64,000 bases of DNA, taken from the human T2T-CHM13v2.0 reference genome, Homo sapiens. The DNA is taken from NCBI RefSeq assembly GCF_009914755.1, contig NC_060928.1. The stretch is one strand, 5' to 3'. Below, piece after piece: positions 1 through 14,000 of the stretch. Each line of letters opens with the position of its first letter. Position 1 is the stretch's first letter. The translations under genes and the position numbers were made by a program. The notes beneath the pieces were generated by a model, which saw only the letters and a program-made list of their open reading frames with translations, was not told where the DNA came from and made no database searches.

Positions 1-184
1 TATCATAAAGTCAGCAAAAAAATAAAACAAAACGAAGCTCCTATTTATCTGCACACCTCTGTTCATTTGGAAGATGATGCATTGTGCTACAAATATTGTT
101 TTCCAAAGATCCCACATGGTACAGTGGGAGGAAGATGGAATGCTAATTAAAAACGAATTAAATCTCTGTGATTTCCAAATCCAT

Positions 185-330
185 ATGATCTTCTAAGAGT
201 TACTTAACCTCTACGTTCCTCATACTTAAAATAGTACCTGTCTCTAAAGGTTGTAGTGAGAAGCTTTATGAGATAGTGAAAGAAAAGCACCTCCCAAAGG
301 GTTGGCCCAAAATGTAACTCAGCAAATGTT
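185..330 (+). mobile_element. MIR SINE fragment
   Basis: Degenerate MIR core 'agttacttaacctct...ttcctcat...aaaatagtacct...aaggttgtagtgag'; boundaries approximate. Confidence 0.6.
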
Positions 331-864
331 TATTTCTTTTTGACTTACAGTCTTTCATTAGGCAAGCATGACCTGAAATGTATCCACAGAGTGGTAATTC
401 CTTTTTGCTACTGGTAGGTTGAATGATAGTCCCTAGAAGTGTCAACTATTCAATCTGATCAACAGTCTTTTCTGCATCATCTGTTAAATGCTTTTCTCCT
501 TCTGTAGGTTTTAAATAGAAGTTGCTTAGATAACCAGCATTCCAGGCAGATTGGATGAGTCAAACTAGACCAATCAGAAAACACCATTACCTCAGCCAAA
601 ATGATTGGACTAAGTATTTCCAAGGAAATTCAAGCCAGGCAAATCAGAATTTTTTACTAGGTGTTTTCAAGTGGTTGCCTAAAGGAGAGAAATCTTTGCC
701 TATTTAAAAAAATATGAACTTAAAAATTGGGTGGGAGAGTGATGTTATGTGGCTGAGGAGAAAGCCGGACAGAAGGGAATGAGGCTGACAAGCCAAGGAA
801 GCTTAGGGACTTCTATTCCAATGGCAACTCTCAAAACATGTTACCCTCTTGACAATTAGGTCAT

Positions 865-1095
865 TCCTTTAAGATTCAGCCCAGGTGTCTTCTAGGAAGT
901 TTGTCATGATTCTTTCAGGCTGGATTTAGGGCTCTATCTTCTGTCTTTCCGTAGAATTCTGTGAGTAATTCTGTTCTGAATCTGACCACTTCGTAATGTA
1001 TCAATCACTGCCTGTCTTCACCACCAGTCCATAAAAGTCATGAGTGACTTGTCTCAACTTTCAATACTCAGTACTTCTGTTGGTGCCAGGCGTAT
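865..1095 (+). mobile_element. L2 LINE 3' fragment
   Basis: 'taagattcagcccaggtgtc...ttctaggaag' and the following sequence resemble the L2 3' region; highly diverged. Confidence 0.4.
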
Positions 1096-2039
1096 TTTAG
1101 TCTCCGAGACACAGACATATTATTCTATTTTAACAACTGTTCTGATCTGAGTTTAGTTCTTTGTTTCTTCGTAGTCCACAGCTGTGCCACAGTATTTGAA
1201 GTTTCATCTTGATGTGTCTTTATGGTTGTTTTGATTGGCCTGGTTGAGATTTGATGACTTAAATGATCTATGGCTTTTATTTAGTTAGTTATTTTAGCAT
1301 CTTCTTACTACCACCATAGGCAACTGGAAACCTTTCAGCAAAACAGTCCTGGAAGAAAAAGAAAATGTTATCTTTCAGGACAGATATTTATATCCTGGTA
1401 GAAAATCCTGCTAATCTCTGTGTAAGTGACTTGAAAACAAAATGGCAAAGAAAAGAACCACACTGCGATTTGAAGTTTGTCTCATTGTTAAAATGGCATC
1501 CTGTTTGTTTGCATTAATTACGAGAGTACTTCCACCCACAAATAAAATATCACATGTTAAATGCCAAAGTTTGAGAAAAGTCACAATCTTGTCACACTAT
1601 AATTAAGCAGATTTTTGGTATTTATTTAGACTATTAAGTATGTAGAACTCTTAATCGAATTGAAGTGAACCTAAAGTAAAATGATTATCACTTTCCCTAC
1701 ACTTTCCTCCAGGAAACAGAGATCAGAAGCCAAAGATGAAGATGCCCCCAGGCAAGAAGCAGTTTAAAAATAAATGGGAAAATTTCCTAAGAAGAGCAGA
1801 AAAAGATTGTTCTGGCTCATAATTTTCAAGGTTTTTACTAATTCTCCTCTAGAAAGTAATCACCAAGTCCTTGGTATTTAACAAAGGTAATTAACAACTG
1901 AAGGCTTGCTCTTAAGATTCCAGTTTCCAAAAAATGCCTTCAAGCCAATCCAAGTTCAGTACCGTTGAGAGGGGATCTATGCCTAACCCCTTCATTCAGA
2001 TTTCTTGTCCAGCCTCCAAAATCAAGGGGCAGTGGTCTC

Positions 2040-2250
2040 AGCCCTCACTTTGGAGCCAGGGAGGCCTGTGTTAGAATCCAGTTTTTACTGACTGCAAGCT
2101 ATGATTTTTAGCCGGTCTCAGTGCTCCCGTGACTCATTTAATTGTATGAAAATTTCAGTGAAATGATACCAACCTCTTGAGGTTGTTGCATGTAAAAATG
2201 AAATTTATACATAAAATGTGTAGTAGGTGATCAATAAAGATAGTGTTATT
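2040..2250 (+). mobile_element. MIR SINE
   Basis: 'ctttggagccag...gaatccag...ccaacctcttgaggttgttg...tagtaggtgatcaataaa' follows MIR organisation. Confidence 0.6.
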
Positions 2251-2264
2251 TAACAACATTAGGA

Positions 2265-2935
2265 AATTATATATTTGTTTGTGCCAGGTGTTGTGCTGGG
2301 TACCAGTAAATAAGGGGTGAGGGCAAATTCTTTCTCTCTGAGAGCTTACCTTTTGTGGGAGACAGAATTAGTTAAGGAGCAAATTAATGAATGAATGAAC
2401 AAAAAAAAGAGTGAATGAATAATTTCAAATTGTAAAAAGTACCATGAAAGGGAACAGCAACAGACAGGATATAGGCATGAGAGAAAGAAATTTGTATTTA
2501 AATGGAAAAGTGTTAAGAATTGGGGTCTCACCCATGGAAATCAGGTGGGGAAGAACATTCTAGGCAGGAAGGACACATGCAAATCCCCTGGGGCAAGAAA
2601 AGGCTGAGCTTTCAGTCAACTAGCATGAACTAGGAAAACTAGCACAAAAGGAGCTTGGAAAACGTGTAGATTTTGGTTTAGAGATGAGCAACATAAACCA
2701 GGAAGCGATAGTAAGTAAGAGTTTGAATTTGATTCACTGGAGAAGAAAGTCCTGAAAGATTTAAAAAGAATGTAACTTATGCTGAGTAATCTGGCCTGTA
2801 TTAAATAGCCTGCAGAAGAGCAAGAGGTGAAACAGGGGAGTCCAGTCAGAGAGTTATCAAAGTAGTCCAATAAGAAAAGATGATAATTTTTATTCAGGTG
2901 ATAGTCATGGAATTGAGGATATTTGGAGTGACACA
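2265..2935 (-). mobile_element. L2 LINE fragment
   Basis: 'tgtgccaggtgttgtgctggg', 'gaagaacattctaggcagg', 'gagtttgaattt' are typical of antisense L2a/b. Confidence 0.65.
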
Positions 2936-3734
2936 TCATACATATTTGTTGCTTATGATCTTAATATTAGTAACATCAGCCATACCAGATCAAAGCACCT
3001 GCATTCAACCTTGGCTCCAGCTTCCTTAAAGCTCCACTTCTTCCACTGTCTGTGTTATGTTTGTTCACATCTCTCTTGTCCCCGTGTAGATCAAAAGCTC
3101 CTGTGAGATTGGGGGCTCCATCTTACCCGTCTCGCATGCCAACTCTTTTCATCCCTTCATTCCTCTCCTAGAAACAAGCATATAATATTTGTGCAACAAC
3201 AACAAAATATGGCCCAAATAAATAAATGATGAACATCACAGAAGGCAATTTGCAAGGATAACAATTCTCTCTACTTCTTTTCTTCTCTAGAAAAGTATTA
3301 CAAGTCTCCTTCCTCTGAAATTTGAGGTGCCCTGACATTCCTCAGAATGCTACCCACAGCAATAGTGCAGAAAATTCTGCCCAATTTTATGGCTCAGAAA
3401 TAGATTCTTTGAACTTCCCATCATAATCAGAGGTGAGTTCTTGGCTCTGGTATTATTGCCAGCAATAATTAGCTCCAGTTAAACTGCCTCTGTGCATCCT
3501 GGCAGGCAGATCACCTACATCAATAATGCTACCAGCTTAAGCTTGCTCTGGGGAGACATTGTGTGTGACAGACTTTATTTTCAGGGCAAACTGCCATTGA
3601 ATGCAGTTGCAGAATCCATTGCTCTGCCCAGTTAAGCCAGAACTGTATTTGATCAATGGGCCTTATGGGTGAGTGTCAGAATAATAAGGCCACTAATCAT
3701 TTGCAACCCCATGGCACCATTCATCAAGGGATCT

Positions 3735-3850
3735 CAGAGAACTTTACCTGAGTTAATTAATACTGGCAACGTCTCTGTGAACTAGATAAGTGTTATTATT
3801 CCCATTTTACAGATGAGGAGACTGAGTAATGGAGAAATTAACCCAATGTT
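3735..3850 (-). mobile_element. MIR SINE fragment
   Basis: Near-canonical antisense core 'ttattattcccattttacagatgaggagactgag'. Confidence 0.75.
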
Positions 3851-4619
3851 GCTCAATAAAGGGATGAAAACTCAAATAATACCTCTGAGCCTCTGTCTGC
3901 CTTGTCAATTAAATGCATCAGCTCATCAGTACTAGCTGGCTGCTTCTTAGATGATCATGTTTTATTGATGTACACTGTTAAGCAGCTGTCACATTTCACC
4001 TCCTTTCCATCAAGGAGGAAGTAATTCTGGTTTGTAGCAATTGTGGTAACAAATGCTAAGGAAAGCTAAGCTGACTTCCTTCCATTATATTGTTCACTAT
4101 CTGCCCTAGATGACTTCTTTCTCAAAAAAAAAAAAATCTGGACAAAAATTTTTGATATGTTATATTGTACCTAAAGTAGTTGGGAGTAGTTTTTGACACA
4201 GGAGGAAAACACGTGGCAGTCACATTATTCAATCAGGGAAGAAAACCTGCCTTGATATAAAAATAAAAAGCAAAAACTCATTATTTTACATCAACAATGG
4301 AAAAGTTACTGAAATAAACATGTGAAATGTCTCATTTAATGCATCTGAGGGGAGAATAAAAAACTTTGAAAGCTTCAAGCTATCCAGGTAGAAATTTTTA
4401 AAGCCCTTACTTTGGTCAGAAAGTGATAAAATTTCTGCTTTTTGCAGGATTGCAAAGTTAATGGAAAGGTGAAGGGCAGAGAAGCCAAGCCTGAGACAGA
4501 TGTGGAGAAAGGGAAATTTGTTTTCAAGGCCCTCCCATGACCTTTTCTTTGTTTGCTTTCTTGCACTGTAGCATGTGACTGTGCAAGAATGTGATCTTAG
4601 GAATAGGAAAATATTTTCC

Positions 4620-4812
4620 CGTATTTAATTGAGTAACCTTGAACAAGATTTTCAATTTCTCTAAACCCCTGTTTCCTCATCTGTAAATCTGGAATATTAG
4701 CCTTCTTGCAGGATTATAAAGAAGATGAAGTGAAACAGTGGATGTAGGAGTCTAATTTGGTGCTTAGCATTTCGTAGATGGTCAAGGAAAGGTAGATAAT
4801 GCTACTATTGTT
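4620..4812 (+). mobile_element. MIR SINE
   Basis: 'aaccttgaacaag...tctctaaacccctgtttcctcatctgtaaa'. Confidence 0.7.
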
Positions 4813-4969
4813 AGCAGCCACTCTCTCTACCTTAAACCACTGCACACCCTCCAAACCTGCACACACACCTTAGCTATTCAGCATGCTCCCTGCTGGTCTA
4901 ACAAGAACTGACCCTGCAAATGCTATCTCTATTTTCTGCTTCCCCCTTCTCTACAATCCTGTCGTTTAG

Positions 4970-5160
4970 AACGTCCTTGAACAGTCAGTTGACCAGTCAG
5001 AGCCTCAAATTGTTCATCTGTTAAATGAGAGTAACAGCTCCCCTCTCCCTACCTTATCTCTTAAGATTATTGTAAGAAACAAATGAGGGAATAACTCAGT
5101 TTGCATTGTAAACTCTAGCATACAATACATTTTGACTTTTAAACGTTACCATTATTATTT
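4970..5160 (+). mobile_element. MIR SINE
   Basis: 'ccttgaacagtcagtt...gagcctcaaattgttcatctgttaaatgag'. Confidence 0.6.
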
Positions 5161-6295
5161 CTTAAGACTTAGCTGAGGGAAGAAAACCCATTTTAATTAT
5201 TCACAGTAAGAGATTAATGACAAAGAGTTAGTAGTTTACCCCTGCTAGGTAACATTGGTTCATTTTAATAGGCACATTTACTGCCTTAATCCAAAACGAA
5301 ATATTCGTGAAAATTCAAGGCAGAGAAACAAACAAGGAGAGAAATTCATTTGAATGAGAAAATCCCTAAAGTGATCCTCTATGTGCTAACTTTTAGAGAA
5401 GGACTGTTCTGGCACATTTTGCTATCTTTACAAACTCTTTGCTCAGTACTCAGAGTTGATCCCATGGAAAAATTGTGACATAAAAGAAGTTGATCCTGTG
5501 GTCTCCAAACAGCCTCCCTGTCTCTGTTCCCAATACTGAAAAGATTTTCTTGCATAACAAACTCAATTTAAACTCCTCTTTTCTCCTGTTCTACAGCTAA
5601 GAAGAGTTTTCTGCTGCAAGTGTTAATTGTCCTGGCAGAGATGCCTGTCCTCTCTGTTTGCAGCAGTGGCTGTGCTAAAGGATTCAAAATATACAAAAAT
5701 CTATTGTTACCTCCCCGAATAGAAAATGCTATTAAGAAAAGGTCTTTTTTTTATAGAAAAATCCGTGCTAACTGTTTCAGAGGTAGAAAAGTAAGCCCAG
5801 TACAAATACAAAATCCAAGTGCCAAAAAGCTAATAAAATGATAAGAAGATCCTGGCACTGATTTTCAGTGCTTGCAATGACGTGCTAAAATATGCCAAGT
5901 CATGCTCAGGAAGAACATTAGGCTGTTCCTATAAATGGGACCTACAGATCAGCTAAAGCAATAGAGTCTAATTACTATTATTAATAATAGCAAGAGTATA
6001 TTAATCTCTCCTATCAGCAAGCAGGTATAATATTGAACTTTTCTTTCAAAGACAGCTATAATGCTATTATTTACTATTCTAGGCATTTTTTTCTGCAGTA
6101 ATAGTTACAAAATGATTAACACAATGATATCCCATGCTGCACTGTCAAAATTCTCCTAAATTCTGTTGGAGAAAAGGATGGTCATGCCCTTCAGCTGAAG
6201 AGCATAGGAGTCGACTCACAAGAAAATGTGGAAAATAAACACCAGCTTAGCTAAGATAATTATCTGAAACAATGATAATCAATGAGGCATCTCAT

Positions 6296-6342
6296 ATTCA
6301 TCCATCCATCTATCCATCCATCCATCCATCCATTCATCCATC
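6296..6342. repeat. (CATC)n tetranucleotide microsatellite
   Basis: Read directly from the sequence. Confidence 0.95.
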
Positions 6343-7049
6343 AATCTCTCTTAAACATAATCTTCATGATCTGCCACCACCATCACCAGCACATACTGAG
6401 GCATACCCACTGATAGTAGACCCCAAATTCTCACAGGAGGTCAAGTATGGCAAAGACTCAATAAATTTCATGCATTCTTACACATTTCTCATATTGGGGC
6501 AATAAAGATTGTGTGTGCTAATGAACTGCGAGAAAATGACTTCCATCAGTTCAAGAGCAAGACAGTTAAGGGTCTGTATGTGTCCTTCACATCTCCTTTC
6601 CCTTACTAGAACAATTTTGGAGGTCACACATGCCACATGTCATACCTCCAAATGGATAAGACCACCCAGCCTGCATCAGTTTCATATGAGAAAAGAAGGA
6701 TACTCCTGTTTTATTAAGCCACTAAGACTGTGAGGGTTCATCTGTTTCAGCAGCTAGTGTTAATTTTTCTCATACGTAAGACCCCAGCTTGATTTTAACA
6801 TGATCAGTGATTTGGGGATATCATTCAACCTGCTGGAGTCTATTTTCTCTTGGATGAAACAAGGAAATACCCTTCTCTAAAGCGTTCTATAATTTGTAAT
6901 AAGATCCTTGAGTATATAAGAAAAAGAAAACACACGCCAAACAAATAGCTATGTCATTGTTGGATTTCATCTCTAGGTTTCTCTTACTCTACAGACAAAA
7001 TATATTGTCAAAATATATTGGCATTCTTAGAGTTTTTATGCATACTATT

Positions 7050-7250
7050 TAACCCACTGTATTGTAACTATTTGTGTACACATCCTTCTGTGTTTTTTTG
7101 TTGTTGTTGTTGTTGTTGCTGCTTTGGTTTTGTGTTTTGTTTTTGCATAGAACTGTGAGCTCCTCTGGGGGCAGGAATTGCCTTTTTGATCGCTTTATCA
7201 CCAGAGTCTGGGACAGTGCTTAGCAATCAATAATTTTGTTGTTGTTGTTG
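7050..7250 (+). mobile_element. L2 3' end with embedded (TTG)n microsatellite
   Basis: 'gaactgtgagctcctctgggggcagg...cagtgcttagca..tcaataattttgttg' matches the L2 terminus; (TTG)n at ~7098-7120. Confidence 0.6.
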
Positions 7251-9139
7251 TTGAAATGTAATTATGAATCTTGAAAAGAAAGCTTGCAATAGCTTATCTG
7301 TCTCTTCCCTGCCACCACTGAGGAAAAATTGCCATAGATGATGCGTAAGGAGTTTTAGAGAATGGAAGCGCATACAAAGGAGGGACAGAGGCTGAGACAG
7401 AAAGAATGAAAAAGCAATTGAGGAGACTAGACAAGAGAACAGGAATAACTTATTGATGTCAAAGGGGACATGAAGAAGGTACGAGGGAGTTAAGCCAGGT
7501 AACATAATAAAAAGTCCAGGTCAGAGCACAAAGGCCATCCCTAGCAGAACACCTCATCATTTTTTGAAGCCGAAAATGAAATGTGACTGACAATTGGGAG
7601 TTCAGAGATGGGATGAACGTGTATCCAATATATATATATTTTATTTTAACCTGGGATATGCATTGCTGGGACTTAGAGGGAATGAAAATTTGAGATCTGA
7701 TGGCAAGGCCTCAACTCTCCAGATGTCTGGGGCCAAGGAATATAAGGCAGGGTGAATTGGTCAGGATGCTGGTGACAGTTTCAAACTTGTTTGACAAGTA
7801 GAACAAGACAGGATGATAGGACTACATGCCAAATGGAGTATTAGGCCTCTGCTATTGTCTCAACTAATGTAATCAGGGAAAGAAAACATTTTATGCTGTC
7901 TATCACTAAAAATGTCCAAACAAGGGTTGGAATCTCAACAAGGCAAAGGCTGCTCTTCAGTGTGTCACCCTGTTCCTTAGAAGGCCATTTGTTTTAATAC
8001 TAGTTAGCCACTGGTCTTTACCTGAATGCTTCCCGTCACTGAAACAAGAATCCTTACTCTTTCAACACGGTGTCTCCTGCCTCTGAAACTGATCTTTGGT
8101 ATATTATCCCCATTCTGGGGAAAGTGACAAAGCCTGGTAAGCAACACTCAACAGCAACCTGCCTGAACCTTTGTCAAATTCCACCTCCACTGAGGCTGCA
8201 GCACCCAGACCAAGGAGCTAGCTGCATAGAAGTATATCCAGATCAGGGTCTAACTTGCAGAGTGCCCAAAAAAAGGCAGGAGCTAAAGGGTATTACAGAG
8301 CAAAGTGTTTAGGTAGTTCTGAGAGTCAAGTATAAGCCCTGAACCCAGAAGGCAGCAGCAAAGGTAAAGCTAAGAAATGGAATTCATGATCAGGAGACAG
8401 GACCACTGGAATAGACGGGAGGAGGTAAAGAGTAAGAGTATAATGTTTCTACATCAGTATTTCTCCAAATGTGTTCAACAAAAATGTATACCTCAAAAAT
8501 ATCCGCCTCTATACGCTAGTTCAAATACATGATGTTCTTTCTGAGCACTTCAGTTCCAAAAATATTCCTTAGAACAATTCTCCTGTATCTAAATTCTTTT
8601 CATAGGTTCTACGTAGTATTCTTGCACCTACAACTTCACCAGTTACTCCTACTACCAGGAGGCCTCCTATGGGCTAGAATACCACTTTCAAATTTCACAA
8701 ATTCAGTGGCTTAAGCCTTTTGGCCTCCTCATGAGTAACCCATCAGGGATTGTCAACCTGTCTGTCTCTTTGTCTACTGGATGGGACTTTATTTTCCTAC
8801 CTGCCTCTCTCATGTCATTTCTGCATTAATTTCTGGGACCTCTTAACCCTCTTCACTTTCTCCAGGATCACTGTGATGATAGGTCCAGAATTCCTCCCTT
8901 CAATGCAACTAGGTCAGTGTGTTGTTCTGTCCTCAGGCATTGACCCTTCAATTTCTCAGTTTCTAGGTGATTTTCAAGTTCCAATGCTGATTGCTACATG
9001 GGTGAAATTGCTAATTATATAGCATTGATGTATGTGGTGTCCCAACAAGAGTAAGCTGTTAGCCCGTTCTGCCTAACTGAAAACATTTTGCATTTCTAAC
9101 CAAGATTGCTAATATTATCATTTTTTTGTTTTAATTTGG

Positions 9140-9370
9140 GAAGGAAAGTCTCCAGTTACCAGCTCCCTAATTTCTCCTGTTGTCTCATTATCCAGAACTG
9201 GGTGACATGACTGGCCAAGGGGAATGAGAGGATGATTGGATTACATCAATCATGATGCATTCTGGGTCAGGAGTCTGAATTCCTTGCAATCAAGGGATTC
9301 CTACCAATTACCTGAGTCAATTAGAGTCTGGTATCAAGAAACAAAGGGAAATTACTGTTGAATAGGACAT
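9140..9370 (-). mobile_element. Old MLT1-type MaLR LTR fragment
   Basis: 'tctcattatccagaactgggtgacatg...ggccaaggggaatg...ggattacatcaatcatga' resembles antisense MLT1K/L. Confidence 0.45.
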
Positions 9371-9709
9371 GGACAAGGTCTATTCTATTTTCATTTATAA
9401 GAGCATCATCAAGTTAATTGAGTAAGAAAATTCCACAAATTAAAACTGTCCAACAACCCAAAGAAGTCATGAGTTCCACTCAAAATAATCTCTAAGGAAA
9501 TGTAATTTGACCATCTTAATGTATATTATAGATGAGTATCTGAAATAGATACTAATTTCCCTGCCCCACATAGCAGGAAAAGTCATTATATAATAGGGGA
9601 AATCATGAAAACACTACAGGTGAGGACAAATGAAAAGAGAAAGATTTAAAAAGGAAATTTGACTCACTCTACAACTTTTCCAGGACCCACAAACATATGA
9701 CTTTTATTG

Positions 9710-10192
9710 TCTGTGGCATAAATGGTTTTCCTCCATTTTTTTTTTTTTTGCCTTCCTACTTTAGTAAAGGAATTACTAAGTCTCAGTTTTGCATATGTCT
9801 GCTCAATTGAAGACTGCAGTTCCCAGCTTCCTTTACAGCTGGGTGTGGCCATCCTAAGTTTTATGTAAGGGAATAGGAGTGAAAGTGACATGTTCAACTT
9901 CCTAAGAATAGCCTTAAATTCAGCAGACCACTTCTCCTTCTGCTCGTCATCCTCGTTTCTATTGCCTGGAATGTGTACATGATGGTAAATAATCTTGAAT
10001 GGTGTAGGTGAGGGCAAAACACTTGAGATAGCAGAGCAACAAAACAGAAAAAGTTTAGCTCCCTAACACTATGGGGCCACCAAACCAGTCTGCATTGCTT
10101 ATGTTCAGATTGTTACATGAAGGAAACCTAAATTTTTTTGTTTAAGCCACTGTTATTTTGATCTTTGTTACATGAGGCAAATCTTTATCCTA
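9710..10192 (+). mobile_element. MLT1J-like MaLR solo LTR
   Basis: 'ttcccagcttcctttacagctgggtgtggccat', 'gcagagcaacaaaacagaaa', terminal 'tgtttaagccactgttatttt...tgttac'. Confidence 0.75.
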
Positions 10193-10339
10193 CATTGACC
10201 CTCCTCCATTTCAAACAATGGCTTTCGCAAATCTTTGATGGGTCTCTAATAGCTCGACTAATCTTACCACTTTATCTCTGTAGATGGCTCCATATCTCAC
10301 TTCTAGAAATTAAGGGGATCTGGCTGGAAATCTGAACCC

Positions 10340-11035
10340 AGTTTTAGTCAGTTCAAGCTGATATACCAGAATACCATATTACGGGTTACTTAATCAACAC
10401 ATATTTATGTATTACAGTTCTGGAGGTTGGCAGATACAGTGACTGGTGAGGGTACTCTTCCTGGTTTGCAGATAGTCATCTTCTCCTTGTATCCTCACAT
10501 GACTGAGACAGAAATCATCGCTTATGTCTTTTCTTACAAAGACACTGACTCTGTTCATGGGAGCTGCACTCTCATTATCTAATTACCCCCTGATATGGCT
10601 TGGCTGTGTCCCCACCTAAATCTCACCTTGAATTGTAATAATCCCCATGTGTCAAGGGTGGGGACAGATGGGGATAATTGAATCATGGGAGTGGTTTCCA
10701 CATTCTGTTCTCATGGTAGTAAATAAGTCTCACAAGAGCTGATGGTTTTATAAATGGGAGTTCCCCTGCACAAGCCCTTGCCTGCTGCCATGTAAGACAC
10801 GATTTTGCTCCTCATTCATGTTCTGCCATGATTGTGAGGCCACTGCAGCCATGCCACACTGTAAGTTAATTAAACCTGTTTCCTTTATAAATTACCCAGT
10901 CTCAGTATGTCTTTATTAGCAGTGTGAGAACAGACTAATATACACACCAAAGGCCATGCTTCTAATACCATCATATTGCAGGTTAGGATTTTAACACACA
11001 AATGTTGAGGTGACACAAACTTTCAGTCCATATTC
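10340..11035 (-). mobile_element. MLT1A-like MaLR LTR, split by a THE1 solo LTR (10591-10942)
   Basis: 'cagttctggagg...ggtgagggtactcttcctggtttgcaga...ctaattacc' resumes after the THE1 as 'caaaggcc...taataccatca...gacacaaactttcagtccata'. Confidence 0.8.
10591..10942 (+). mobile_element. THE1C/D-like solo LTR
   Basis: Starts TGATATGG(c)TTGGCTGTGTCCCCACC, ends 'cagactaatata'; 352 bp; contains ATTAAACC signal. Confidence 0.92.
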
Positions 11036-14000
11036 TTTCTCTGGCCCTCCAAAATTTATGGCCTTCTTGTACGGAAAATACATTCATTCCATCTGAACAA
11101 TTCTGAAAGTCTTATTTCTCTTCATCATCAAGTCTAAAGTTCATAATCTCATCTAAATATCATCTAAATCAGATACGAGTAAGACTAAGGTGTGATCCGT
11201 ACTGAAACAAAATTTTTCTCCAGCTATGAATCTGTGAAATCAAACAAGTTATTGTTTCCAAAATACAATGATGGGACAGACATAGAATAGATATTGCCAT
11301 TCCAAAAAGAAAAAATTAGAAAGAAGGAAGTGGTAAGGAGTTCCACACAGTTCCAAAATGTAGCAAGGCAAACTCTTAGAGATGTTAAGCCTTGAGAATA
11401 ATCTTCTTTCACTCAATTTTCTGGCTTCCAGGCACACTTGGGTATCAATGGCTTGGTGCGTTGGGCCTGCTCCTTCTACCTGAAACTGCAGCTCTCTACA
11501 GTGGCCCCACAACCAAAATCAGACAGGCAATTCCACCCTTAGAAGACAAGGAGCAATTATCCTTTCCCCCTGTGCCTGTAGCAGGAGTGGCAGCCCTGTA
11601 GATCTCAGAATCACCTTTGGGGACCTTCTTTTCTTTTCTTGACAGACAACACATGTTCACAGCCTTCTTTCCATTTTCTCTGTTTTCTTTAGCCCCAGCT
11701 AGCAGTGTTTCTGCTGGTGTAATCCCATCTTTATCCCTAGCTTCTGTTGAGATGGGTGATTAAGTCCTCAGTTCACACTCACACTAATCTTATCAAATGG
11801 TCTATCTGCCACACCCTTAGAGCTGTCCTCAGAATATGCGTTCTCATTTCTTGCAATATGGATTGGCTGAGAATGTTTCAAATCTTTAATTTCTGGGACA
11901 TTTTTGCTTAACAATCGCTTCTTCAAATCATTTCCCTCTTCTTGCTTTTTACTGTAAGCAACCAGGAGGAACCAAGCCACTCCTACAAAACTTTGTTTAG
12001 AAGTTTCCTCAGCTAAGTATTTAATTTCATTGTTTGCAAGTTCTACCTTCCACAAAACACAAGTACATTAATATAATTGAAGTCTTTTCTGCTTTATAAC
12101 AAGGCTTGCCTTTTTGCCATTGTTCAATAGCATATTCTTTATTTCTGTCTGATAGCTCATGAAAATTTTCTTTAATGATCATGTTTCTACCAACAGTCTG
12201 TACACAATTATTTATATATTCTCTAAGAAGACAGAAGCTTTCTCTAGAGCACTGATTTTTTCTTTTACTGAACTCTTACAACCAGAAACACCTTTAAAGT
12301 TCCTTTATAGCAATGTCAGCTTTTTCTGGCATGTTGATATGGTTTTGCTGTGTCCCCACACAAATCTTATCTTGAATTGTAGGTCCCATAATCCCCACAT
12401 GTTGTAGGGGGGACTCAGTGAGAGGTGATTTAATCTTGGAGGCTGTTACCCTCATGCTGTTCTCATGACAGTGAGTGACTTCCCACAAGATCTGATGGTT
12501 TTTTACGGGGCTTTCCCCCTTTGCTCAGCACTTCCCCTTGCTGCCTCAATGTGAAGAAGGATGTGTTTGCTTCCTCTTCTACCACAATTGTAAGTTTCCT
12601 GAGGCCTCTCAGCCATGCTGAATTGAGTCAATTAAACCTCTTTCCTTTATAAATTACTCCATCTTGGGTATGTATTGATTAGCAGCATGAGAATAGACTA
12701 ATACAGTAAATTGGTACTGGGAGTGGGGCTCTGTTTTAAAGATACCCAAAAATGTGAAAGCAACTTCAGAACTGGGTAACAGGCAGTTACCAGTTGAAAC
12801 AATTTGGAGGGCTCAGAAGACAGGAAAATGTAGGAATGTTTGGAACTTCCTAAAGACTTGTTAAATGGCTTTGACCAAAATGCTGATAGGGATATAAACA
12901 ATAAAGTCCAGGCTGAGTTGGTCTTAGATGGAGATGAGGAACTTGTTGGGAACTGGAGCAAAGGTGACTCTTGCTATGCTTTAGCAAAGAGACTGGTAGC
13001 ATTTTGCCCCTGCCCTAGAGATCTGTGGAACTTTGAACTTGAAAGAGATGAATTAGTGTATCTGGTGAAAGTAATTTCTAAGTGGCAAAGCATTCAATTA
13101 GAAGCAGAACATAAAAGTTTAGAAAATTTGCAGCCTGACGATGCCACAGGAAAGAAAAATCCATTTCCTGAGGAGAAATTTAAGCCTGCTGCAGACATTT
13201 GCATAAGTAACAAGGAGCCAAATGTTAATCACCAAGACAGTGGGGAAAGTGTCTCTATGGCATGTCATAGACCTTCATGACAGCCCCTCCCATCACAGGC
13301 TTGGAGGTCCAGGAGGGAAAAATGGTTTTGGGAGCTGGGTCCAGCGCCTTCCTGCTGCGTGCAGCCTAAGGACTTGGTACCCTGTATCCCAGCTGCTCCA
13401 GCCATTGCTAAAAGGTGCCAAAGTACAGCTCAGGCCACGGCTTCAGAGAATGGAAGCCCCAAGCCATGGCAGCTTCCAGGCAGTGTTGGGCCTGCAGGTA
13501 TGCAGAAGTCAAGAATTGAGGTTTGGGAACATCCACCTTGATTTCAGAGTATGTATGGAAATGCCTAGATGTCCTGGCAGAAGTGGGCTGAGGGGCTGGG
13601 CCCTCATGGAGAACCTATTAGAGCAGTGTGGAAGGGAAATGTGGGGTTGGAGCCCCCACATAGAGTCCCCACTGGGGCACTGCCTAGTGGAACTGGGAGA
13701 AGAGGGCCACCATCCTCCAGACCCCAGAATGGTAGATCCACTGACAGCTTGCACCATGTGCCTAGAAAAGCCACAGACACTCAATGCCAGTCCATGAAAG
13801 CAGCCAAATGGGGGCCTGTACCCTGCAAAGCCACAGGGGCATATCTGCCCACAGCTATGGGAACCCATCTTTTGCATCAGCATGACCTGGATGTGAGACA
13901 TGGAGTCAAAGGAGATCATTTTGAAACTTTAAGGTTTAATGACTGCCCTATTGGACTTTGGACTTGCATGGAGCCTGTGGCTCCTTTGTTTTGGCCAATT

